From assembly GCF_009914755.1 (NCBI RefSeq), contig NC_060925.1: 64,000 nt of DNA. One strand, given 5' to 3'. Below are positions 29,426 to 64,000 of this stretch, piece after piece (the first letter of the stretch is position 1; every line of letters starts with the position of its first letter). This stretch comes from the human T2T-CHM13v2.0 reference genome, Homo sapiens. Position numbers and translations under genes: made by a program. Below the pieces are notes generated by a model. That model saw only the letters and a list, made by a program, of their open reading frames with translations, searched no databases and was not told the DNA's origin.

Positions 29426-30057
29426 ATTATTGATGCTTATCTTGATCATTTTTGTTGGTATCTGCTAGGTTTCTCTGCTACAAAGCTGCTATCTTTCTGT
29501 TTATATTTAATAAGTATCTTCTTTGGAGGCTATGGAAATCCTATTTCTCCTCGAACTTTTGCCCACTCATTTTAGCATCCATTGGTGAATCTTGTCTGCA
29601 GCTACTATTACTAGGGCATTTGCAGTGATGAATCTCTATTTTCTCTTTCCATCAACAATTATTAATTGGAATTCAACTGTAATGAAGAATGCTTCCTCTC
29701 CCCTCATTTATTTACTTGATTTTTATATTGGTATAGATTAAAAAGTTTCCCTCTTGGGATAGTTGGCAGTGCTTCAGTCTCATATTGGTATAGATTAATA
29801 GGTATATTTTATTCTAGAGGTCAAATACTATTTATTTTATTGTTCAAATTATTCCAACTTTGGTTGTTAGTAACTTCTTTAGGTTGGCTCCTCTGTTTCT
29901 TTGATAAGCCCCCATTTATTACAAAATATTTAATTACCTTCTGACATCACAAGATGCTCTAGGCTCATCTTATATTTTCCTTGCTCAGCTCCGAAATCAG
30001 CTTCTCCAAAAAGCACTGGTTTCTCATGTTGAGAATGTTGTTTAGAAGCCAAGATCT

Positions 30058-37957
<7,900 letters not shown>

Positions 37958-39259
37958 AAAAAACAAGATCTGGTGTTAAATGTGCTCATTACTCTGAAGT
38001 TTCACTGCTTCTAGGCCCTTTAAGAGTTAGGAAATGTATAAATGTATATACTATGCCACAGATATAGTCACATGTATATTTCTTAATCTGTCTACATTTA
38101 TATTAAGAAGCATTAATTTATACTGACACCTCTTACTCCAATCCAACATTACAGGGTGTATTTTGGCCTACCTCCTTTCTTTTAATAAGTCTTTCTCCAA
38201 CAGTGAGAAACCTGGCTCTTATTATCTACAATATATGTACTTAGTTGTTCAATTCTAATGTACATGTAAAGGTAGCTTCAGTAGCACTAATTCATACCCC
38301 TGCAAGAAACCCTTTTACTAACTAGATTACAGCACTTTAGTACCATTCTTTTTGTCATTAGCCTTTTATTGCCCAGAAAAGATACTTAGAGTTACCTAGT
38401 TATTTTCTTCCTCACTTGCTTAACTGTGGTTGTTATTCATTCTTAATACATTTACTTTCATTTGTTAGTATTTGTATTCCATTTAGGGTTTCCCACACTT
38501 CTTGGTTGGTTTTATCATTTATTTATTTGGGATTATGTGAAGGGTATGTGAGACATAATTATGATTCCAAGAGTCAGAGCTACACAGAAAGATATAATCA
38601 AAGAAATGTTACTGTACTTCATCCTTGCTAACCTCATTTCCTTCTTTATTCCTTTCCCTCTAGGTAATCAGCCTTACTAGTATTTTATCTTTCCTGTATT
38701 TCTTTTGAACAAATGAGCAGATAACTATTTACTTTCTATATCCTTTCTTTCCTACATGAAGGTAGCATGCTATGGATACTCTTTTGTGCTTTGCTTTTTT
38801 CATTTGACAGTCCATCTTGGAAATCACTCCATATTAGTTCATAGAGCTCTTCCTCATTCTTTTCTTATACCTATTTAATATTCCACTGCATGACATGCTA
38901 TAGTTTATTAAATCACTCTCCTGTGGATGGGAATTTAGGTTGCTTCCAATACTTTGCAACTAAGAACAATATTGCAACTAATAAACTTTTGCATTCCCAT
39001 CAGCAATGTATGAATGTACCTATTTTCCCACAGCCTTCCCAACAGAATGTATTGCCATATTTTTACATTTCATGGAGTCTGGAAAGTGATAAATGGTATC
39101 TGAGTGGTTTTAATTTGCATACGCCTAGTTTCAAGTGAATTTAAACATTTTCCCTATGTTTTAAGGTCATTTTTATTTTTTTAGGGTGAATTTTCTCTGT
39201 GTATGTTTCGTTTCTCATTTCTCTATTGAGTTTTTGGTCCTTTCTCCTTCCTTAAATTT

Positions 39260-41470
39260 TAACAAAATCACTTGGCTATTGTGCTGAGGACAAGCTGTAG
39301 GACACTGGTAGAAGCAGAGAGACAGTTAGTTGATTATTCAATAATCTAGATGAGAGATATAATGCAAGCTAATCACAGTAGAGGTGGTGAGCAATGGTCG
39401 GATTCCAGGTATAATTTGAATGTAAACCAAGAGAATTTCCTAACAGACTGGTTGTAAGGCACGAGACAAAGGAAAAATTAAGGTGGACTCCAAAGGATTT
39501 CCACCTGATCAAGTGGAAGCCTGAATTTATCATTAACTAAGATACAGAAGATCTTGGTTGAGGCAAATTTTGGGTGGGTAATAACCAGAAGCTGATTTTG
39601 GCCTGTGTTGATTTTGAGATGCCCATTAGACTTCCAAGTAGAAATGTCAAGAAGGCAATTGGATATACAATTTTGGAGTCAAAAGAGGAGTTCCTGAATA
39701 TAGACGGTATTTTGATCCATGAGAACTAGGTAAGATCATATAGATGTAAAATAAGAGACATAAAAAGATTGAGCTCTAAATAACTCCAACATTAAGAGAT
39801 CATAGAGAAGGGGAGGAACTAGCCAAAGAGACTAAGAAGAAGCAGTCAACGAGGTATGAGGAAAAAAAAGATTATTATGTCCCTGAAGCAGAGTGAAGAA
39901 CAAATTGCAGTGAAGACAAAATGATCAAAAGTGTCAAATGCTACTGACAGGTCAAGTAAGAGACTAAGAATTGACCATTAGATTTAGCAATATGATAGTT
40001 ATTGGAGACCTTGACAACAGCAGCTTTAGAATGCTCTTGCAGAAAAGATAAAACTCTAATTTGACTGAATTTCAGAATAAAGTTAAGTAAGAGACCAGCA
40101 GCATTGGACAAATTATGAAGAATAATGTTGTGAAGTATTCAAGGCACATTTCAGTATCATGAAATACAACATCAGAAGAAATACAGGTGTTTGATGACTT
40201 TCATGAGCAGCAAAGCTTTAATAAGGAGCAGAAAAATAAAAAAGGAGGCTAAATTTAAGTCAAAAAAGGTAGATGCAATATATTTATTAGGATTTATTTA
40301 ACCAAACATTGATGATTACTACGTGTCAGGTACTATTCCAAGTATTTATAAATATAACTAATTTAATCTCTTCTTCTTCCAGTCTTTAAAATTAACTAAA
40401 ATCATTTTTTTAAAAAAGAGGCCACAATTTTTTCTTTTCTGTTTATACTACTTCCTAAGTACTTAGCTAGACCTTCTAGATGTCTGGATATCTGGCCACT
40501 CTTTTGGTTCTTCATATATGCCATGCTCTCTTGTGCCTTAGAACCTTTAAGTTTGCTGTTTCCCCTGCTGGGAAAGTTATTTTAATCTGTCCCTTTTCTT
40601 ATTTAATTCCTGCTTTTTCTTCAGATCTCAGTTCAACCATCATCTTTGAGGCAAAAATTTCAACTTCTTTATCTAAAGACAAGTAGAGGGCTACAATAGC
40701 ATATTACAGAAATTTTAAGAGCTGTGCTTAATCCACTTTGCTCACCTTGAATCTCTAGTCCTCAGATAGTGGTTCTTATTTTCCATGAAATGAGGAAACA
40801 TTGAAGGGTAATGGGGAATGGCTTAGGTTATGTTTTAAAAGGATCACTCTGACTGTTTTACTGAGATGAAAGTAGGGGCACAAAAGTGGAATAAGAAAGA
40901 TAACTTATGAGGCTACCAATAATCCAATTCAGGGCTGATGATAGCACTGACAATAAAAAGTGGTCATATTTGGAGTATTTTGAAAGCAGAACCAACAAAA
41001 TTTGTATTGGGTGTGAGGTGTGAGAGCAAGGAGTAAAGCATGACTTCAAGATTTTGCCTGAGCAACTGGTAGGATGCGGTTGTCATCAGCTGAAATGAGA
41101 AAACCTGTGGGTGCAGCTAGTTTGAGGGAAGAGCAAGATTTCTGTCTTGAACATAGGTTTGAGATGTCTATTTAGACATCCAATAGAGATATTAAATAGG
41201 CAGCTGGAATTCAAGAAAGCCTGGAAATAAAAGATAAAAACTGCAAGTTGGCAGTACATTGATAGTACTTAAAGCCATGAAACTGGATGAGATCACCAAG
41301 AGAGTGAGTATAAGCAAAGAGGCAAACCGTGGACTGAGTCCTCAGGTGTTTTAATGTAAAGAGATTAGGGAGAAGGAAGGGATCAGCAAGGAGACTGAGA
41401 ATGACTAGTCAATGAGGCAGAAGTGTGGTCTTTCAGAAGTGAAATGAAAGTATATCAAGGAGAAAAGGAG
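39260..41470 (-). mobile_element. L2 fragments (about 39260-40090 and 40790-41470)
   Basis: Purine-rich L2-type text (tttgagatgtctatttagacatcc, aaagccatgaaactggatgagatcacc). Confidence 0.65.
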
Positions 41471-41692
41471 TCAGGACAAATAGCTGGTCTCTAAATCAAT
41501 GTCATTAAAAATTTTAAAAACAAAACCACTCACTTAAAAGCTCTACAGGGTATAACAGCTAGATAAGACACATAGACCTAGATTTAATACTGCTTTAGAA
41601 AAACCAGTGGTAAAAAACGTTTTGAGGCCAAATTGGTAAATTTAGCTTTAGTATTAGAGATGAAAACACTGAAAGGGAAAGCTCAAGGTTGC

Positions 41693-41976
41693 TGTTTTTT
41701 TTTTTTTTTTTAAAGGTATGTTCTCACTCTGTCAACCAGACTGGAATGCAGTGGCATGTTCACAGTTCACTACGACCTTGACCCACTAGGCTCAAGTGAT
41801 CTTTCCACCTCAGCCTCCCAAGTAGCTGGGACTACAGGCACATGCCACCACACCTGGCTAAATTTTTGGCAAAGATGGGGTCTATTGCCATTGCCCAGCC
41901 GAACTCCTGGCCTCAAGTGATCCTCCTGCCTCAGACTTCCAAAGTGTAAGGATTACAGGTATGAGTATGCCAGGCC
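41693..41976 (-). mobile_element. AluJ
   Basis: Poly-T and diverged Alu. Confidence 0.85.
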
Positions 41977-42068
41977 AATTCTTGACTTTAAAAGCAGGAT
42001 TCAGAATAGTGTAAATAAGGACCTCATTTTGATCAAAAATATATGTATGTATGACGCACACAGAATGA

Positions 42069-42525
<457 letters not shown>

Positions 42526-42726
42526 ATATTTTCTACAATACATTTGCACTGTTTCTATGACAGAATGTTTCAACATTTTTCAAAGGAAGTGATGATTCAT
42601 GAAATTACATTCTGCTGATAAATCAAGAAGACTGACAATTGACTACTGAATCTAGTAATATGGAAGTCACTGGTGACCTTGACAGTATGTTTATGTGGTG
42701 TGGGGAGAGCAAAACCTGACTGAAAT

Positions 42727-43322
42727 AGTTTGGCAGTTCCTCAAAACATAGTTAAACACAGTTATTGTATGACCCAGCAATTACAGTCCTAGGTATATAC
42801 CCAAGAGAACTGAAAATATATACCCATTAAAAAACCTTGTACACAAATATACACAGCAACATTACTTGTAGCTGCCAAAAGTGGAAACAATCCAAATATT
42901 CATAACGAATGGATAAAATGTGGTATATCCATGATGGAATATTATTCAGCAATAAATAATGAAGTGCTGATAAATGCTACAACATGGATAAACCTTGAAA
43001 ACATTAGACTAAGTAAAAAAACACCAATCACAAAGAAAAACATATTGTATGATTCCATATATATGAAATGTTCACAACAGGCAATTCCATAAAGACAGAA
43101 AGCTTTTTAGTGCTTGCCTATGGCATAAGGAGAGGTGATGGGGAATGACTGCTAATGGGTATAAGGTTTGTTTGGGGGATGTTTTGAACATTTTGAAAAT
43201 GTTCTAAAATTATAGTGTTGATGGTTGTACAACTCTGTAAACATATTAAAAACCAGAGAACTGTGTACTTTAAAAAGCTGGATTTTACAGTACATGAATT
43301 ATATTGCAAAACAGCTGTTAAT
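42727..43322 (+). mobile_element. L1MB-like 3' end
   Basis: gacccagcaattacagtcctaggtatatacccaagag ... gaatgactgctaatgggtata. Confidence 0.75.
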
Positions 43323-43449
43323 AGAAAGCAGCAAAATCTAGCTGATCTGTGTATTTCACTTCTTTACAGTATTTTCTGATTTACTCTTTTGTTGCCATTG
43401 CACAGATTTTTTTTTTCTTTAACCTCTCTTACTTCCAGAGATTTGATCC

Positions 43450-43912
43450 TTTTTTTTTTTTTTTTTTTTTTGAGACGGAGTCTGGCTCTGTCGCCCAGGC
43501 TGTAGTGCAGTAGTGGCACAATCTTGGCTCACTGCAACTTCTGCCTCCCAGGTTCAAGCGATTCTCCTGCCTCAGCCTCCTTAGTTAGGATTACAGGTGC
43601 CCGCCACTGTGCCGGACTAATTTTTGTATTTTTAGTAGAGACAGGGTTTCGCCATGTTGGCCAGGCTTGTCTCAAACTCCTGACCTCAGGTGATCCGCCC
43701 GCCTCGGCCTCCCAAAGTGCTGGGATTACAGATGTGAGCCACTGCACCCGGCCTGATCATTTTTTAATAACATTGTTCTCCTCCTCCTCCTTTAAGAGAC
43801 AGGGTCTCACTGTGCTGCCCAGGCTGGCCTCAAACTCCTGGGCTCAAGCAGTCCTCCCCACTCAGACTCCTGAGTAGCTGGGACTACAAACACACCACCA
43901 CGCTCAGCTAAC
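43450..43912 (-). mobile_element. AluS (43450-43754) plus Alu monomer/FLAM fragment (about 43792-43912)
   Basis: Alu consensus matches. Confidence 0.88.
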
Positions 43913-43999
43913 TCCCCATCTCTTAATCCCTATCCCTACACCATTCCCAAACTTTCCCAAATCAAAGATTAACCAGACAGAGAAAATACACTTTTACAG

Positions 44000-44755
44000 T
44001 TTAAGAAATATTAAATGTGATAACTGTTCAGGATCTACTTTTTACACAATCTCAGTAACGTATGTACATAGTCCCAAAAAAAAAAAAAGCAGCATTTGCC
44101 TGGGAACACATCACTATAAGCAAACAAAACATCAAATGGCCTGAATTCTAAAATACCTTTGGATTATATAAAATTACATTGTAAAGTTACAAATGTTGCT
44201 CATTCTTGAGAAATGTTTGAATGTTTAAATAATGTTGCCATAATACATATTATTTCACGACATTAAAAAAAACAATGGTGAATACAAGGTATCATCATTT
44301 TAAGGGTAAAGAGATAAAGCAAGTACATATACAAATCCACTGGAAAAGCTAAGTTTGGAGCTGATTTCCTCTCTTGAATTGTAAAATTTCAGTAATACAC
44401 AGTCACTATCTACTGCTGGAATAATGCCTGAGCAATTTAGGTAAAGATACAAACAATAACAAAAACCCTGCCCAAATATTCAAACTTGGAGAATTCTAGT
44501 TAAAATAATAGAAAAATATAAAATTTATCCTTCCAAAAAAAGGTATCTAAGACAAAGGTATAGATACCCCATGTAAATTATTCACAAGTCATATGTGAAT
44601 CAACCTTTTCTGTATTCCTTAAAGTTGTACAATCGACTGATGAAAAAACAAGCTTCATATTCAAAGACACTTTCAGAACACACCTACAATTAACTTATTA
44701 ATGCTGAAGTATATTTTAAAAAACAGCTATTTCACTGAAGTCTTTACAGGAGATT
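44000..44755 (-). other. LRIF1: LRIF1 3' UTR (distal end approximate)
   Basis: Unique AU-rich sequence after the stop codon and before the Alu/L1 block; Pumilio-type UGUACAUA at 44061-44068. The cleavage site could not be pinned. Confidence 0.6.
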
Positions 44756-60503
<15,748 letters not shown>

Positions 60504-60504
60504 T

Positions 60505-60531
60505 TTAGTGGGGAGAAAGGGGACACCTCAT
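60505..60531 (-). other. uORF in LRIF1 5' UTR (MRCPLSPH*)
   Basis: ATG AGG TGT CCC CTT TCT CCC CAC TAA, ending 1 nt before the main ATG; weak context (T at -3). Confidence 0.6.
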
Positions 60532-62369
60532 CCAGAAAAGTGGGAAGCGTGGGGCCGAGTTTCCCAATGGGGCGAGAACCAGAGCGAGGGAATGTTGGGC
60601 TGGAGTTGCCCACAGCAACTGTGAGGGGTTCGACCTTAACGGAGGGCGACAGCGGGCTCTCGAGAGGGTGTATCCCCAGGCTTCGGGACGAGGTCGCGCA
60701 CCGCGCAGAAACCGGAAGGCTCCTGGCGGTGGACTGCGCCCTCACAGCCCTACGCTGAGAGAGAATCGGCGTGAGTCTCCGCCCTCAGAGCCTACGACAA
60801 CTCTCCAGACTCCGCCGGAGCAGGCGCAGGGGGCGTGGCCTTGGTGGCACCACCCCCAACAGAGCCTGGTCAGTGCTGAAGACTGCGTCAGTCTGGCTCT
60901 GCCGCCCCGCCCACTGAAGCCGATAGCTGGAGCAAAGCTCGGTCGGGCGTCTTCCGGGGTCGTCACGTCCGGTTGCCAAGGTGACTGGCTCGCTAAAGCC
61001 CAACCCTTATGATGCAATCCAATGGCAAGTGATATTTGCTATCTTTTCTTCCGGATCAAGGAACAAATCGCAAAAGAAAGCTCTCCCGACACCTACGCAA
61101 AATAAAATGTTTCCGGGGTCAATCATAAATTTTCTGCTTCTGTGCTCGCCGCTAGCGTACGTTTTTCTCTCCCGTCAGTGCATTAAAAGACATCGGCGCG
61201 CTTTTTTGGAGTCATGCACTTCTGGCCTGAGAAAACTTAAAACGCCTGCCTGTGGCCAGCGATTATTGTTGCTGCTTCTCTGAAGGTTTCCCATTTACTC
61301 CTCTTTCCTGAAGCTTTGCCTCTAGACTTACTTAACTCTTTCCTCCAGCCTACGTTCATCGAAACTATCACTTATTGTCATATAGACCTTTATTTCTGAA
61401 GGGAGATCTGGGAGTTGCATCAGAACATCCATTGTATTCATTAAATCATTTATTCAGCTGTCCATTGCAGTTGATGCTCTTTATCTCACACTATTTGAGA
61501 ATTTTTCCTCGCAGCACTATTAATTAGTCCCTCATCTTGACGCCATTGGCAATATACTTTCCTGGTTTTGCTCCTACCTTTTTGTCTACACCTTCTCAAT
61601 CTCTTTTGAAGATATCTCCCTTTTCAAGGGAGTTCCTTTCAGCTTGATCACTGATTCTCTTATGTTTTCAAACTGTCTTGTCTCGATTCGTGGTTTTATT
61701 CATGCTCCTGGATTGAATTACCACCTCCACCCATTATTTTACCACCAAACACATGTATGTCCTTGGCACTGATTTAAGTGTTTTACAAAATTAATTTACT
61801 CCTAACAGCTAATAAAATAATTATTATATGCAGATGAAGTAACTGATGCTCAGAGAGGGTGAACAAATTTTTAGAGGTCATAGAGCTTGTGAGTGATGGA
61901 GCCAGGCTCCAAATCCAGGTTGTCTGGCTAAACACACCATGTACTACTGCATTATGCTGCCGTGTGACTCATAAATTTATGTTCCCAGTTCTGATTTCTC
62001 TGAGATCTATACCTGGATGTTCAAGTGAATTGTTGAGATATCCTTTTTGCTATTTTAAAAGCCCCTTCAAATGAAACATGTTCAAAACCACACTTATGAC
62101 TTGCTTCTCTTCCCCCCACTACACGTTTTCTTTTATCAGTGCTATCTCAGAAAGAAAGAAAGAAATAACTTCCTTCCATTAAAGTTGCCTAAATCCCAGT
62201 GTCATCCTTAACACTTTCCTTTTTTTATTCCAAAATATACAATTCACCAACTTTTGCAGATTTTATCTTCTAAATATCTTACAAGTCTGCTTTATATTTC
62301 TATTACTACTACTGTAGAGCAAGCTTACTTGGTCTAGTAAAGCTTTAACGGATACCCTCATATCCACTC

Positions 62370-62658
62370 CTTTTTTATTTATTTATTTTTTTAGAGGGAG
62401 TCTCACTCTGTCACCCAGGCTGGAGTGCAGTGGGCAATCTCAGCTCACTGCAAGCTCCGCCTCCTGGGTTCACGCCATTCTCCTGCCTCAGCCTCCTGAG
62501 TAGCTGGGACTACAGGCGCCCGCCACCACACCCAGCTAATTTTTTGTATTTTAATTAGAGATGGGGTTTCACTGTGTTAGCCAGGATGGACTCGATCTCC
62601 TGACCTCCTGATCTCCCCGCCTCAGCCTCCCAAAGTGATGGGATTACAGGCGTGAGCC
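62370..62658 (-). mobile_element. Alu (Y/Sc-like)
   Basis: TSD cctcatatccactc at 62356-62369 and 62657-62670. Confidence 0.93.
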
Positions 62659-62782
62659 TCATATCCACTCTTGTATTCCTGTAAATGCTGCAGCCAGAGA
62701 TACCATATGGAAACACAAATCTGATGGTGTCATCTCACTGCATTAAAAAAAAAAATCAGTTTCCCCATTGCTCTTATGATAA

Positions 62783-63136
<354 letters not shown>

Positions 63137-63243
63137 AAAATCCTTGATTCTAATCAAGATGTTGAACTAGTACAGACGGCTGACACCTGGAGAAATAAAA
63201 AAAAAAAAAGGAAGTTTAGATTTTTAGGAATTAACAGCAACCA

Positions 63244-63244
<1 letters not shown>

Positions 63245-63288
<44 letters not shown>
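63245..63288 (+). repeat. (CA)22 microsatellite upstream of the promoter
   Basis: Direct read. Confidence 0.97.
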
Positions 63289-63293
<5 letters not shown>

Positions 63294-63805
63294 CAGCTGT
63301 GAAAATTTCGATCTGTAGGACATTTTCAGAACTGGTATGTGAGTGTATAGAGTGTTACAGGCTAAAGCCAAGGGCCACCACGAGAAGCAGAGGGTGGAGG
63401 CAACTATTTGAATTTTTCTCTTGTAACAGATATGATCATTAATTGTCCTTTGAAAATAAACCTGTAGCAATAGCCAAGCCCCTGGTATGGACAGGATAAA
63501 GTCAAGGCAGGAAAAACCCATGCTAAGGTAAGGCACTGATGAAAACAGATGCAGGATTACCTGCCAGTGTTGGGAAGTCACTACTCCATCCTTTCCGCAA
63601 AACCACCCTGGCTGGTATATTATAAATAGGTAACTTGACTTTTATCAGTGTGGTCTTGCACTACAATTTAAATATAACTCTTACCATGGAAATTGCCTTT
63701 TGGAGTGGAAGCTAATTGGTATGATCAGCAGTGCTTCTTTGAATTCCTTAGGACATACACTTTTCTTCTAAATTCATTGGGAAATGCAGACTGAGGCTTA
63801 AATAT

Positions 63806-63962
63806 CTTTTTGTTGTTGTTGTTGTTGAGACAGAGTCTCGCTCTGTTGCCCAGGCTGGAGTGCAGTGGCACGATCTTGGTTCACTGCAACCTCCGCCTTT
63901 CAGGTTCAAGTGATTCTCCTGCCTCAGCCTCCTGAGTAGCTGGGACTACAGGCACGCATCAC
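63806..63962 (-). mobile_element. Alu right arm with (TTG)n tail
   Basis: Alu consensus match. Confidence 0.88.
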
Positions 63963-64000
63963 CTTGCAATTCAGTTAATAAAGACTAGTTTAAAGACATA

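Overview
Human (primate) genomic DNA, not prokaryotic. The only protein-coding gene is LRIF1 (HBiX1/C1orf103; HP1- and SMCHD1-associated chromatin factor and DUX4 repressor). It lies on the minus strand in four coding exons (60503-60436, 49612-48085, 46920-46648, 45196-44756; 2310 nt = 769 aa + stop), with a CpG-island promoter at about 60.05-61.25 kb. The 44 kb downstream of the gene (1-43.9 kb) is almost entirely nested transposable elements: a full-length L1MA-type LINE, a near full-length L1PA16-like LINE, L1PA fragments, ERVL/MaLR solo LTRs, Alus and L2. Best observations: (1) skipping exon 2 creates a stop codon exactly at the exon1-exon3 junction, so the short isoform's AUG sits behind a multi-uORF leader; (2) a 34-nt candidate microexon in intron 2 has the same phase as exon 2 and could replace it in frame; (3) solo MLT2A and THE1 LTRs downstream of this DUX4 repressor retain DUX4-type sites; (4) an L1PA element carries a 171-bp 3' transduction; (5) a twin-primed L1 inversion; (6) a 40-bp insert between 17-bp direct repeats that resembles 28S rRNA; (7) a NAGNAG acceptor next to the NLS. 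Repeat subfamily names and ends are by-eye estimates; no database searches were run.
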